Source: Ophelia neglecta (lineage: Eukaryota). From it: DNA of 64,000 bases. The notes beneath the pieces were generated by a model that saw only the letters and a program-made list of their open reading frames with translations, searched no databases and was not told where the DNA came from. The stretch spans positions 49,910,001 to 49,974,000 of the forward strand of contig OZ260665.1 in the NCBI GenBank assembly GCA_965285935.1, given 5' to 3'. Position 1 is the first letter of the stretch. Every line of letters begins with the position of its first letter. Of this stretch, positions 25,741 through 63,993 are shown in pieces. Made by a program: the position numbers and the translations under genes.

Positions 25741-28320
25741 AAGGCAAAATGTCGGCTATATATCAAGGACCAGGACATTGACACTATTATCACCACCAAA
25801 AAAGTCAGGCTGGTCTTGAAAACCTCCAATGTCCGCCGATCGGCGAGTGGACCCATGCATGCACATGTTGGCTAATCGGACTAGTAGTAGATCTATACTA
25901 CTTCCCCGTTACAGACGCAGAGACGCTAGCTATAGGCATTGATATAGACAAGAACTCTCATTCATGGGCGAAATGATGGTGGAAATATAAAAGACCCTAT
26001 ATAGGCCGCTGTCAATAGGCCGAGTTGTTGTTGATTACGCCGCGGTCAAGTATTCTAGGTGCTGTCTAGTTATTCCCGTAAATTGCTGCAGCAGCCGCAT
26101 TCAACTATATGTCATCTAACAAATGTCAAGCTACGATTTGTCTTACTGCAAGTGCGCATGACTTCCCCAACCCGTAAATGGCATAGCATTGACATCCCAG
26201 CTTAACAAAGTCCTCCTGTTGACATAAATTACTCTACTTGGTCATCTGACAATCCCCTCAGACATGCTAGAATACTTGTACTTTTTTATCTTATTAGTTA
26301 AAAAAATTCTCATTTTATCTGTTTGATGAAAGTTATTATTATACCCAAATGCGGTATCAATAAACTCAATCATATAATGTTCAAGAATATGTGGTCAAGT
26401 AATGCTGATCAGTTGAATCGTACAACGGAAAGGGACAGTAAGAGTATTATTATAATTAGACTTCCATCTGTAGTCTCTAAATATCTTGAGAAAGCTTACA
26501 CCATCATAGCCTCTCTTGGGGCAAATTTAATCTCTGTCCTTCTTTGGCCACTGGCTGGTTTCGTTTGTGATCGCATCATTGAACTGTTGACTACTTCTTA
26601 AGGCTAGCGACATCAATTTCTATTTTAGAAAGTTTATCTGGTTTCATGTTTATTTGCCGGGGATCCACTCCCGTTTTTCTTATAGGAAATTACTAAGATG
26701 GTTGAGAATTGTTGAGGATAAAATGCTAATGAAACAATTTCCGCGATTATTATCAAATTTGAACATTGCAAATCTGATTGCTTGGTGATTCTTTGTGCAA
26801 TTTAGTACGAAACAAGATGTCTTTCTTTTTTCTATTGGAACCACCTTTTGGGTATCGGTGGTGTAGGCATATATAGACGGTTATAGTGTGTGAATGAGGT
26901 CTATTGGCTTCAAAGAACTTGAGCTCACACAGACTACATTTGATACTATGCTTAGGTAACTTGTGAATTCTCTCATGACAGCGCTCATTTAACATCCTGT
27001 AGCCTCCACATTGTGCTCTTAGGATGTCCGGTGTTTTATCTGTGCCTCCTATGTCGGAAGGACTTGGCACTACAGGTGTTTGCGCGTCCGTCGGTCAGGA
27101 CGCTTGCTTGTTGCATGCGTGTTTTTTCTTAGCATCACTGTTGGGAATAGTGTCCAACTCTGCAAACACAGCGTGATGCCCATCTGACAATATACCTGGG
27201 ATAGTATCACAGCTATACGGGAACTGTGTTTATATATGCATATGCTATTTCGCAATTAAGTTGCTTACATCTTTATGTCGAATTTTATTGAACTAGTTAT
27301 TTTATTTAGCCGAAGAAGGAATTCTTTTAAATATGGCCCGTGAGCTGTGAACGCCGATGAAAACATCGAGGAATGTCTGGATAAACCTTGCTATTTGAGG
27401 GGCTAAGAAAGTCCCTCCATAGCGTTCTGTACTGCCGTGAACACAACAATGAATTTGTTAAAGAACCAGTCTGAAATCCGGTCGGCTTAAATTTAAATAC
27501 AAATAATCATGTTGTGAAATCAAGAGTTCCCAAACCACAAGTACTCAAGTGTAGCTTATGCATCCAAGGTATCTTGCTATGAATGGACAAATTAGAGCTG
27601 TATAACATACTGGATCTGTTAAATATAGACGACCCTGGTAGCAGGAGCGCACACACCAGCGTTTAAGTTTTGTTTTATGATTACTGTCTGTTATAAGTAA
27701 TTACATTATTATCTGTTATAATAAGTATCTGTTAAAATTATTGTTATCTCGAATAATAAGTGCTTGGTCATATATTATTATAAATAAAGCGCTTCAGAAC
27801 TTGACATATTAACGATAGTAAGGCACATAAAATGTTATTTTGGCTATGCTTAAATAAACTGTGTATTCAAATATAATTTACGCGAATAATTTTGCAAACC
27901 AAACGTTGATCGTCGATATAGGCATACTAAAGCATCTACATACATGTACGTCTCAAGGCGGATGTTAACGAATTTGAATGTGTGAAAATATTGAGATGGG
28001 TATAGGAAGGATGTGGCTAGATCGAATGTTAGATTATCAACCAGACAGAAACACAGACACACGAGGAAGTTAAAAACGCTACCAGCACATTTTGCATAAT
28101 GATGTCACCATGCTAATGAAAAACCAGTACCAGTAATGTATGGGTGTTTATATATGGCATTGTCATGTGCTCAATGACACCATTACTCTGGTTAATACCT
28201 ATAGAACAAGGATGTAGTTCCAACGCTATCTAAACTACAGTTTCATTAATTAGTGTAGCTACAACTCCTAAACAAGATACATTTCGACTAGGGGTGCCTC
28301 TGAAAAATGTGACAATTCGT

Positions 28321-40600
<12,280 letters not shown>

Positions 40601-43249
40601 CGTTGCCAATAGTTATTCTTTGAACACCTTAAAAGTTTGAATCTAATTTGATCCCCGAAAAAAGCGACTTCTTACATGTATGCAAATGCAATAGCAGAGT
40701 CGATCATATCACTTCTGTGTGTAACAAAGAAACAAGAACTAAATTATAATCTGATATCAACCGTTGATATATTTTATTCGAAAAGCCAAGTGCATGCGAC
40801 TATGATTATATTTCCCTATCGATTTGGAATATATTAGCATCTCTTCTCGCATCTTTAGTGTATTCACATTTAATCTCTCATCTCTTTTGTATTTGTTAAT
40901 TTCCTAGTGTACATAGTTTGCATTTATATTGTTTTATGTTAAGTCGAGAATTGCTAATCGGTAATAATTATATAAGGAGAGGCCACTCGATTAGCAAAGC
41001 GCTTCTTGGCCAATCTTTAATAATAATATATTTAAACCCAAAGTAGGAATCGATATTTTTACTTTTACTTTGATTTTATTTCTGATATTCTTTTGTATTA
41101 TCATTTTGTAATTTTTTTCTTTATGTTTGTTTAGGAGAATCCTTCCTTCAAAACATGAAAAATGATATCACTTTCGTATCTTTTTTTAAATTCAAAAGCT
41201 TAATTGTCATTAATAGCAATAACAATGATAATTTAACTCTAAGAATAACAATTTTACGCCGACTTCAATGTCCGTCTTTGGTGGAATTCCTGCGTTGAGA
41301 ATGAGCTACAATGAGGATTAAGGCCACATTTCAATATGTGCTTATAGACCGCTCATAAATCATGGGTGCATGGAGTGGAGGCGTAGGATTTTTAGGGGGC
41401 AACTGAATATTCAGAGAAGGTGCTTGTTTTAATGTACCTTGTCTAGGGGCCGTTTATTTTAAACACAATCACTCAATCCGCTTTATAATATTTATCGTAG
41501 CACTGGACTTAAAACATAAGAGAGGGTAAGCTTGAAAAGGCCAAGGTTGATGAGTTCTCAACTTTGACAAAGTTTATTTACAGCACCATAAAAAAACACA
41601 ATATATATACACAATTTATCTTAGCATAGGATTACATAACAGTCTCTATAGGTAGTTTATACAAGTCTGTGTGGGTAAAATGGGCACATGTAATAATATA
41701 TATGTGTCTTTGATATACATTTGCTCAATGCCGGAATGAGTTTATTTATAATCCTCAAACTAATAGCTTCCTGTTTCACTACTCGTGTCCGTTGCCGGAA
41801 ATCACTGTGTCGGTTACTTCAAGGAACCCTGGCACGTGATGATTCTCTGGTCTCTCTCCATATGATTATACAGACCGTACTCCGAGTGTATGTGTGGGTA
41901 GATGTACAAATGCTTAATTTAAAGTTTAGACATGGGTACTTCGAACTACTTGATTTAAAACACATTCGACTGACACACTTTTCTCATCATTTTATTGGCT
42001 GTCAAACGTTCTTTACTTACTATCATTCGGGCTAATATTTTAGTCAGGATATCGGGCTATGATCCAAGTGGGGTAGATTTTTTATTGTAAATGTATACTT
42101 AATTCATCAATAGAGACCTGGTTCTGTTTGGGGTGTGTCTTTCAATCAGCTTATCACTTCGCAACCATCAAGGAGCTGCTCAAAGACAATGCATGAGTGA
42201 TCACGGCTCCGGCAGCTCGCTGACATGAAATAAAGCGCGTGCCGCTTCTTTGAAGTTAGCGACACAAACAATGAAACTGGAAAAATTTGCGTTTGGGAAC
42301 GATATGTAGCAATTTTATAGATGTAACATAGTATAGCCATTAATAAACAGACAAAAATCTAGAAATTTAAAGAATTATTTGGCCATATCATGGAAAACTG
42401 GTGACTTCACCTCCTGGCAAGCTTGTCGCACATTATTTTCATATGATCCTTACTGTCTGGAAGAAACTCTATCTCAAGCTCATAGGCTGTCAAAGAAGCT
42501 ACCACAACAAATTTTAGTACGCATTGAAATAATTACCCCCCCCCCCCCTCTCGCAGGAAAAGTTCGGGAAGTTGGCAGATAACATGAAAAAGTCAAAATT
42601 TCTCTGACACATTAAAGATTGTTGTAAGTATTATGCGTATCTAGGCCTTAGTCATTACAACATTTCCACCAAGCTACCAACATTAAATGAGTCAAATAGA
42701 TCTAATGGTGAAATCGAAATCCGTCAAATTTTCCTGTCATTTAACCTGTATCACTAAAAAAAATAGTCACACTGACCATTGATGTGAGGTCAAGGCTCTT
42801 ATACTGTGTAAGTTTGTCAACTCTGCGTCTTGAGAAGTCTCAACTTCTAACTGGCTGAAAGTATATGTAGTCGGAAGAGGGAATTCACTTAAGTATACAC
42901 ACAATGCGGTAATTTTTAAATGAAATTTGGGACCACTATAATTGAACATATTTAACGGTCGTAAGTACTTATTTTCACACATTAGTTTAATGATTTAAAT
43001 AATATTATAATGACCAACGAACAATTCTTGACATTCATTATAACTGCCAATTGGTTGTGAAGAAGACAGAGGAATAGGATAAATTTTTAATATGCCCCTA
43101 AACGATTTTGACAGTTGTTGGCGTTATTTTTGGAAATACCGAAAATGAATTGCTTGCGTTCATAAAATTTTGTATCTTTGACAAAATGGATAATCATTAT
43201 GGTAATATCTTGCCTATAGCCTTCATATATATATATATCTAAAAAGAGG

Positions 43250-43372
43250 GCATGCGCGTACATGTCTCAAAACGGTACATGCGCGCGCATGTCTCAAAAC
43301 TGTACATGCGCGCGCTCGTCTCAAAACTGTTCATGCGCGCGCATGTCTCGAAACTGACCATGTCTCAAAACA
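43250..43372. repeat. 27-bp CpG-rich minisatellite x4
   Basis: Same unit as 29917-30052. Confidence 0.85.
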
Positions 43373-44262
43373 AATGGCATATATATGTGTGTGTGTGTCA
43401 CATGTCTTTTGTAATAATGGTGACCGATCTTTCGGCTCAATCACAAAAAAAAAGGTCCAATATGACGACACATTTACCTTTACTGTTCATGATTAGTTTG
43501 ATAACACCAAAACACTAAGTATTCAAGCATAAGTAGTTGACCTATCCATATAAAGGCAATCAAGTTAAGCTAATTGGTACCATTCTAGTATTGGCCGAAG
43601 ATTACACGAGTAAAAGTTGAATATCATTTCTTTTGGACAAGATTAATGATTGTCTATATAAGAGTATATACGATAGTATGCGATGCAGCGACAAAACTCG
43701 CCTTTCTCTAAATTTGCTTGCATGCAATGACTACCTTCTGAAAATTACATGACTACTTTCTGAAAATCACATTAATAAAGAAAAGTGAAAGTACTCGCTA
43801 TGCCCAAACAGGCCTACTCCAATCGCAGTATATATAATTATACAAATGGACACAATTCAAACGGGAAATACCATCAGAATACTATCAGTAATATTACATT
43901 CACGTAATAGAATTTATAAACAGTTTACTATGTAGTTATCTATTGTGTATACAGTGTATGCGGTGCATCATGGGACTTGCTTCATGCCGGATTGCCCAGC
44001 AACTGAAATTAATGAGCAAAAGGCAGACCCACACCCGGACTTGGTGGGCCTATCTTATATCATATTTGAAACAAAGTAACCCCGTGATTCGTAAAATATG
44101 TCCGGTTCGTCCAGGCCGTCATGTCCCCATTCACAAACATGTTCATACAATATAAAGTATAGCGTTCGTATAACTGATATTTGCATTCACCATATCGCTA
44201 GGGCGCCAATTGTGTTCTTTTTATATGACGAAATAGGAGGCATTTTCTAGTACTAATAGAAA

Positions 44263-55969
<11,707 letters not shown>

Positions 55970-56981
55970 AGAGTGTTATGGTGAAGGTGGCAGTTTGGGG
56001 CCCTGGTTTAGATTGAGGGAGTTTTAAATTAATATTAATTTCAAACTCCAAAAAATGATTTACATAGTCTACTAATAGTTTGTTGCTCAGGTTAAACACA
56101 GGTCTTTATATTTGTGTTTATAAGCATTATTTAGATCTAGTTTAACTCAATATTTAATTATCCAGAACATGACTCTTGCATCAACAACACAAACTTAAAT
56201 GGCTTCAACTACAAATGGCACACATGATTTGTCATGGCAGCAACTTAAAGTGGCAAACCAAGTGGCCATTAACTATGTTTACTTTAAATAAATTCTGAAA
56301 CATTAAAGTATCTTGTCATAATTTTTATTTAATATATAACAAAAAGAAAATGAAGTAATTTTAAACATTGCTTTATTTGTATCACTTAGACTCTAATGAA
56401 TACAGAGATGACATCTATACATAAATATTATACTGTCATATTCCGCAAACAAGAACCAATTTCCACCTTATCACGCGCCATACATGTACGACATCACATT
56501 CAAGTTCATAATTTAAATACTTTGTGTTGGTCTAAAACAAATCATTTCAACATTCCATGCTCTTATTATGAAGAGGAAAATATCCTCCATCCCAATGTAC
56601 TCAACAGATCTACAATATGAATTTAGTGTTGGATTTGTAAAATAATCCAATTTGACTGTATAAACTGAGGAAATAACCAGAGTGCCGGCATTACAGAAAT
56701 CAAGCATTGATATTAATTAATAAATATGGCAATTTTTTTGTGACCTAGCTAATGGAATATTTACAAAATAGATATTGCCTATCATAAAGATCAATATGAA
56801 GAGAGCTTTTTATGGACAACTGAAATAATATTAAAATCAATGTATTTTTTGTCATTTAAATTTACCACTTAATATGTAATTGTACAGTATTTGTTCCAAT
56901 AGAACTGTTTTGTAACTTATTCAAAAGCACAGCCCAGTCCGACAGTCAAACGGTTTCTTCAACACAAACCTAGCCAATTCT

Positions 56982-59900
56982 TTAAACATCAGCATGTCCC
57001 CTGGAGCCATAGACAAGACTGACTTTTTTCAAGGCAGGCTGTACATGTGGATACTCCTGGTTGAGTCTGTCCATGATGGCGTGTATGGTCTGAAGCCGGT
57101 CCTCCTGCTTTCCATGCTCATTTTCCAAGGCTGTATCAGTCTTACAAAGGCGTACATATCTGCCATCTTTCAGTTGCTGGAAGTATTTGCCTCTCTGCTG
57201 CTTCATGAGAATATCAGACATGTTCTGTAAAACAATTATAGATAAATTTTACTTATATATTTAGTGCAAAATAATATACAGTGACTCTTTGAACTGAAAC
57301 AAAAATTAAAATATAAGTGTGCATATCAGTGGCTTCCATTAAGTTCATGTCTAAATAATGCACTTAACAAAGTCTCTTATAATCAAACTTATTTCACACA
57401 TTTCATCCACATCCAACATTAAGTGACACATTTTCTCTGAATTTGAATAAAAAGAATGCTAGCAATAGAAGTAAATGAAAATCAAAGATACTAATGTTCC
57501 ATGCCATCTTGACAACCATGACAAGCATTGCAAATCCAGATTTTTATTTAAATAATAGTTTAATCGACAAATCTACCATGGCCAAAATGTATATATTGAA
57601 TGCAATGTAAAGGTTTATACAAAGGTTTATTCCAAACTGCTTTAAGTAGAGGCACACATTGATAGTAGTATATTTCAGGTATTTTACCTTTGCCTTCTGC
57701 TCCATCTGTCTCTCGAGGTCACCGTCCAGGGAGTCAGCATTTCCCTGGAGCTGCTGGACATTCAACTGTCTGTCTTCTAGCTGGACACTGAGATCTTGCT
57801 GATGTTGTCTCAACTCTTTGATCTCCCCATCACTGCTAGTGGCATCCTAAACCAAATATATTTATTTCAGTTTATCATTCTCTATGGTTGTATTGACTAG
57901 TATAAGCTCTTTACAACAACTAGATTTGTAGTTTGCAATTTGCAATCATTTCCATCTCATTTTGTGATAATGTTTTTATATGGGAGAAAGCAAGGAACCC
58001 ACCTGTATAGTTTGTTTGATTTTCTTTTTCAACTCGGCCATCTGTCTCTGGAATGTACCTTTGGTGAGAACCTTCTTGTTCATTTTAGACTGGGCATCTC
58101 CTCGTGTCACTATTGTGTCTCTCCTATGACACAAACCAATATTATTAATATATTGTGCAAAATAATTAATCACCCGGTTGATAGGCCATCGAATGCAGGT
58201 AATTACGCTCAAGAATTAAAGAAACAAACATAAATTGAATGCCCTGAAAACCTGTCAAGCAATTTTACTTCACAGCTCTAAAAAGGACACAGGGATTACA
58301 GTAGTCTTTTTAACTGCCCATACTTTTCATATTAAATGGGCTAAAAATGAAAATGCTGATAATTGTGTTTGTTATGTCTGCTTTCCTGTATTATTTTACT
58401 GTTTCATGAGATCTCATAGAATACTTATACTTATAACAAAATTCAAGGTGTCAAACATACCTTGACACAGATTTCTCCATCTCTTGTATCATGCATTCCT
58501 GTTGTTTCATGAGCTGTGTGAAGCGTACTTGCATGCGATGTATTTCTGCCTTCATGGCCTTGATTTCTCCTGCACCCACTTCGGAGTCCACCGCTGCCCG
58601 AGTCTCCCGAGCTAGCTGTGTCTTCTTCTCCCATAACATGATCTGGCGTCTGAATGAATATGACAAATGTCATACGAAATTTGTTGATTCAAGCACAAGT
58701 AAATGAAACTAATTTGTGTGACATTATAGTTTATATGTAAATCATTATTGTAGATGAATTACATAGGTTTAAAACTATTATAAAACAGTTAACAGAGAAA
58801 CTCACTCTGCTTCCACAAGACTGTTTAGAAGTCTTTCCTTTTCCTCCTTCAAACTTTCAAGTCGAGCCTGCATGGTGATAGACTCCATCTCAGCTTGCTG
58901 AATACAAAAAGACACACGTCATTTTGTGAAGTATAACATTTATATGAACCAATCCATTTTTTAAGGAGGAATATGACAAATTGTCTTATAGTTAATGTTA
59001 TCATACATTAGCTGTAAATTCCACAGAGACTGTACAGATGTGTTTACCCTGAGACCTCCAATGAAGTCATTTTCCATGAGAGTGCTTCCCTGCTGCAGCT
59101 CATGCTCCGTGCCCCGTTCTTTATGTAACTGCATGTTCAGCTTGAGCATGTCATTCTGCATGTGACGAATGTTACGCTCAATGTCTGAAGTGTCTGCTGT
59201 CTGTTCATTTATCTCACCTGCAGTCAAAATAGAAATACTATACTTGGGGAGAAAGATGAAATTGGATTTATGTTTAATACATACATCTTTTGCATATGGT
59301 ACTAAGGAATTTATAAATATAGTAAGCTCTAATGATGAACTTTCCAATAATTAAAGCACAACTAACTCTCAATCCTTAGTTTCTTCTGTGATAGGATGGT
59401 GAGTTGCTTCTTCAGGTTTTCTACATCAACCACTTCCCCGTCCTTTGTTTTGGCGAGACTGACCAGTTCGCTCTGGTCCCTGAGCCACATCTGTTGTAAC
59501 TCTACTATCTGCTGTTGCTCAGCCTCTATAGACTTCTGCAGGGAGTTGATCTGGATCTCCAGTGGCCCAAGCTCCACACCCTACAGTGTAAAAACTCATT
59601 TCAAGAACACTTTTCCATTTACGATCCAAAATAATTGACCTGATTTTACCCATGAAATCAATATCTTGTAATTGTACCATGTCTAAGTTAAAACAGGGGA
59701 TAAATCTGAATTGGATGATACTCACTCCTGCCTGGGCAATCATCTGTTCCAGTTTCTTGTTGAACTGATCAATCACACCTTGCTTTCTTTCAATAATTGC
59801 ATTTCTCTTGACAATCTCTGACTCACTACGAGAGATGATCTCATTCTTCTGTTTAATCTCCTCGTCCAGTTCTCTCATAACACTGTGTAGTCTCTCAACA

Positions 59901-62900
59901 CGTGTCTTGGTATGAGACACCTCCAAGGTACACTTGGAGATCTCATTCTCTACCTGGGCCACTTGCGTCTCCTACAAAATGTCAACATGCCACTATAGTA
60001 GGCCCTAATTTTCCCTAAATGCCATTTGAAGGCCCTAATTTTCTATCATAAAACATTTGTATTTGTTATGAAACACTATAGTTATGAAGCAGCATTTAAA
60101 AAAAAACTTAAGAGATCCTGGTTGAATTATCCACTAACCAGGTCTTTGGTGTTGTTTCGTAATTTGCCGGTGAGTTTGTCTGTGTACTGGGCGGCCTTAT
60201 CCATGGTCAGCTGGGTTCTCATCTTCTCCAGGATCTCATCCTCAAGCTTCACCTTCTCCAGATATTCTCTCTCAATCTGCTTCCTCAGGGCATTCACCTC
60301 ATTAAGACGCAGAGTCTTGTCCTAAAAAATGTTAAAAGCATTGAAAATATCTCTTGCTGTCTCTAGATATTAATAATTAACATTTTATGACTTAATGTAG
60401 AATCCCACGTCATAGGTAATGTTTGCCAGTTTTGAGATAATTCGCAGTGTGATATATGCTGTACACCAACTTACAGTGCTAGCCCTGTTCAAGGCTTGTT
60501 CTGTCTCATGTAACATTCTGGTGTAAGTAGCATACTCATTCTTTAAGGCCTCATGTTTGTTGTGACACAGCTGCAGCAATTTCTTGACGGTGGCAATGTC
60601 CGTCTCTGTCTTGTTCAAAATCATACATAGTTTTTCATTCTGCTCCTGTTCTTTCTGAATAGATCTCTTATATCCCTCAATCTCAGTCTCCAATGATAAA
60701 ATCCTCTGCTGCTGTTGACTGCAAGTTAAATGTGAATGTGATATTTTTTTGCCAGTAATCCAACCCATTTAAATTTTCCAAAAGAATATTAAGTTGATAA
60801 AAATGCTTTTCATAATAATACTGCAAGCCCCCAGCAATAGTTTTACTTCCTTCAATATTTTGATAGCACTAATAATACCTTAAGGCCTCATTCATAGCTG
60901 AATGAGCTTCATCTCTCCTCCTCATTCCAATCAAACTGCTGTTCCACTGTTGAAACAACTGCTTCTTTTCCAAAGTGATTGCCTTGAAGAAAAAATTGTC
61001 AATAATTTTTTTACTCACTCACATCCTTGGATAGACAAATCACATTCCAATGTAGTAATACATTCATTTTAGGCAGTTATTTTATTGAAGGCATGTTAAA
61101 CTTACCTCTATTTCCATGTGAGCCTCCATGAGAGCATCTTTAGCAGACCTGGTTTCCTCGCCCTGAGCAGACAGCTGGGCTTCATACATGGCTATTTCTT
61201 CTCTCAGTTTATCTACTCTGTCAACAAGACGGTCTACAAACAAGTCCTGCTTCTGCTTTTCAATCTCAGACTTGCTAGCCTCAGATTCGGCCTTCTCAGC
61301 TGCCCGTCTCATGACAGCGATGTCTGAGCGCACATCCTCCTTGGCAGAGTCCATGAAGTGAAGTCTGAGGGCAAGGTTCTCAACCTCAGCCTGAAGCTCA
61401 GAACCTAGGATAGAATGACTACATGTTATTCAAGAGAGAAAGATTAGTTGTCAAGTAGGCACTACATAAATTAGACAAATCCTTCACCAAACCAGTAGTT
61501 TTGCTCGAGAGGTTACTGAAAAAAATGTCATTATAATATTTAATTATTACCAACCATTTCTTTTCTCTTCATTAACTTCTTTTTGATTTGCCTTGTACAT
61601 CTCTCTCACATCCATTAATTCCTGTTCAGTTAAATGACGTGCTTGTCTTATATTGGAAAAGTCATCATGGTACTTTTCCAACATCATCTGATGTCTGGCC
61701 AGTTCTTGCTGCACGCCATACAACTCAACACCAACATCCTCACGAGTCTGACGTCTGTTCTTTACAGCTTCTTGCTGTAACAACCAACATAGGTTGAATT
61801 AGCTCACAATATAGGCTATCTTGAGCTATTATATTGATAAAGCATATTAGATTGGTTAGGTTTCCATCCATAATTTGATATGAAATGAAATGATATAGTA
61901 AAACATCTGACATACTAGCTCCCTAAGTTCCAGTGTGACCTTCTCATTTTGTTTAGTAAGGTGAGACTTCAATGCTTTCTGGAATCTTCTCATCAATGGC
62001 TAAAAAAGATAAAACGTAGTAGACTTTAGAGATGCATGTTTACCATATCAAGCCTGAGGGTGTGCTAAGTCAGTGCTTTTCAGGAAAAACAGTATACATT
62101 TAAGAATCAGCTTACATGATCAGGATCCAGGACAACCATTTCACCTTCCCCATCTGAATCATCACTGTCCTCTCCCAGCTCCTCATCTTCCTCCTCTTCT
62201 TCCTCATCATCCTCGTCACTGTCCCCACCATCTCCTCCATCAGGGTCCATAGGGTCCCTGAGCATCATGTCTGTGGTCATCTGAGGCTCCTCAGGCTCCT
62301 CCCTACTCAGAGGAGGCCCTGCAGGGGGAGCCTCCTCAGGAGGCTGATCAGCCTGGTCTGCCTGTCCAGAGGCCCATGATCCTGAAGGCAAAGCAACCAG
62401 TAGAAAGAAGTTAGTCTTTTAAATATAGGACCAAAAGTGCTTCATAATAATGAGACTCTCCCTTTCTTAACTGTAAATTTTAAAACAACTTAAACAACAG
62501 GGTTATGATATTAAAATGTACATGTATACACTGTCAACAATTAATAGCCTTAACTAATATATACTCAAAGTCACCTCATAACTTGCCCTTAAAATTAATA
62601 TTTGTTACAAACCTGCATTTTCTTGCTCAGGGGAATGTCTGGAAACAGGCCTGCCAGAGCCAGGCCTACCTGAGCCTGGTCTTTCAACCTGGGAAGCTGG
62701 TCTACCTGACCCTGGCCTACCAGACTGGGATACCTGACCTCCTGACATACGTGTAGGCCTATCAGCCTGAGAAATTGGTCTACCTGACCCAGGCCTCTCA
62801 GCTTGTGAAACCGGCCTACCAGACCCAGTCCTCTCAGCCTGAGAAGGAGGCCTATCAGAAGCTTTAGACTGTGGTCTATCTCCAGAGGCAGGTCGCTGAG

Positions 62901-63993
62901 CACCTGACTGGCGCCCAGACCCAGTCCTCTCAGCCTGAGAAGGAGGCCTATCAGAAGCTTTAGACTGTGGTCTATCTCCAGAGGCAGGTCGCTGAGCACC
63001 TGACTGGCGCCCAGACCCAGACCTCCCAGAACTTGGCCTATCCTTGGGGGCAGATCTCCCAGATTCAGGCCTTCCTGAGGCAGGTCTCCCAGATGTTGGT
63101 CTCTCCTCTGCTTGTTCAGCAGGCTGATCTCGAGCAGAGCCTGGCCTGCTACCAGATACCATCAGAGGTTCTTTTGTGCACAAAGAAGATAATCAGTGCA
63201 ATGTTAATTAATGCCTTTAGCCAAAATTTCAGTCAGACAACAATCTGAAATTTGGCAAATAACTTAAAACTTATTAGTTGTTATTTCTTGTGACATTAAT
63301 TATAATTAGTACTTATACGATATTAGTAATTATACATTATATGTAAATTTTATATTAAACATCAAATAAAAGTACATTAGGTTAATAAAAAGGTGAGATC
63401 TCCCTTCAAACAAATATTTAAAATTAATGTAGGTATCATAAAACAGATTAGTAAAAAGAAGTAAATTACACAAAAAGATGTAGTCTTGTGACCTAAGACT
63501 AGGCATTCATACTATTTGTGGACATGTGCAGATCATGCACATGTAGATTTGTAGTTTTGTTTAGGACCTTTATGAGAGAAAATAGGCTTACCTGGCTGTT
63601 GTTGGGCAGAGGGAGGACGGGAGCCTTTCGCTGAGCCTTTAGGAGAACCTTTGCTACCAGCAGCTGATGCTGGTCGACTTCCTGGCTTGCCAGCTGCCGA
63701 GGTGGGTCTTGACCCTGTGACAAAACAGAAGATGAAGTCTGTTTATGATCCTCAGTATGATTCAAAATCAGAGATGCCCACGGGAACAAACACACAGCTA
63801 TTTCCTTCTTACTTAATTATCAACACACACAAAACAGCGCTCGAGTTGCTTGTATTTGTTGTAAGTTTTAATACTTATACAAGGTTACTTTGCTGACAAT
63901 CTCACCTCCAGCTGATCTGCGACCAGATTGGGGACGAGAAGACTTGGCTTCTTCTGCCTCCCTTTGCTCTGGTGTCATATGTCCAGTATCCAT
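56982..63993 (-). CDS. CCDC40: Coiled-coil domain-containing protein 40 (axonemal 96-nm ruler subunit) with extended N-terminus
   Basis: About 18 exons (approx.): 63906-63993, 63592-63714, 62613-63170, 62116-62381, 61916-61999, 61555-61774, 61106-61404, 60879-60982, 60475-60718, 60139-60321, 59725-59971, 59366-59580, 59048-59217, 58806-58897, 58461-58649, ~58003-58122, 57688-57846, 56982-57224. Recognisable CCDC40 segments: [82 protein letters not shown]. The ATG at 63991-63993 directly follows an acceptor, so further upstream exons may lie outside the window. Confidence 0.92.
62821..63019 (-). repeat. Identical 96-bp (32-aa) in-frame tandem duplication inside a CCDC40 exon
   Basis: 62821-62916 equals 62917-63012 ([32 protein letters not shown] x2). 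Confidence 0.95.

Noticed and set aside
62595-62999. Leu-rich 134-aa ORF overlapping CCDC40
   Set aside because: It is an alternative frame of the repetitive RPxS exon. Splice phases support the RPxS frame.
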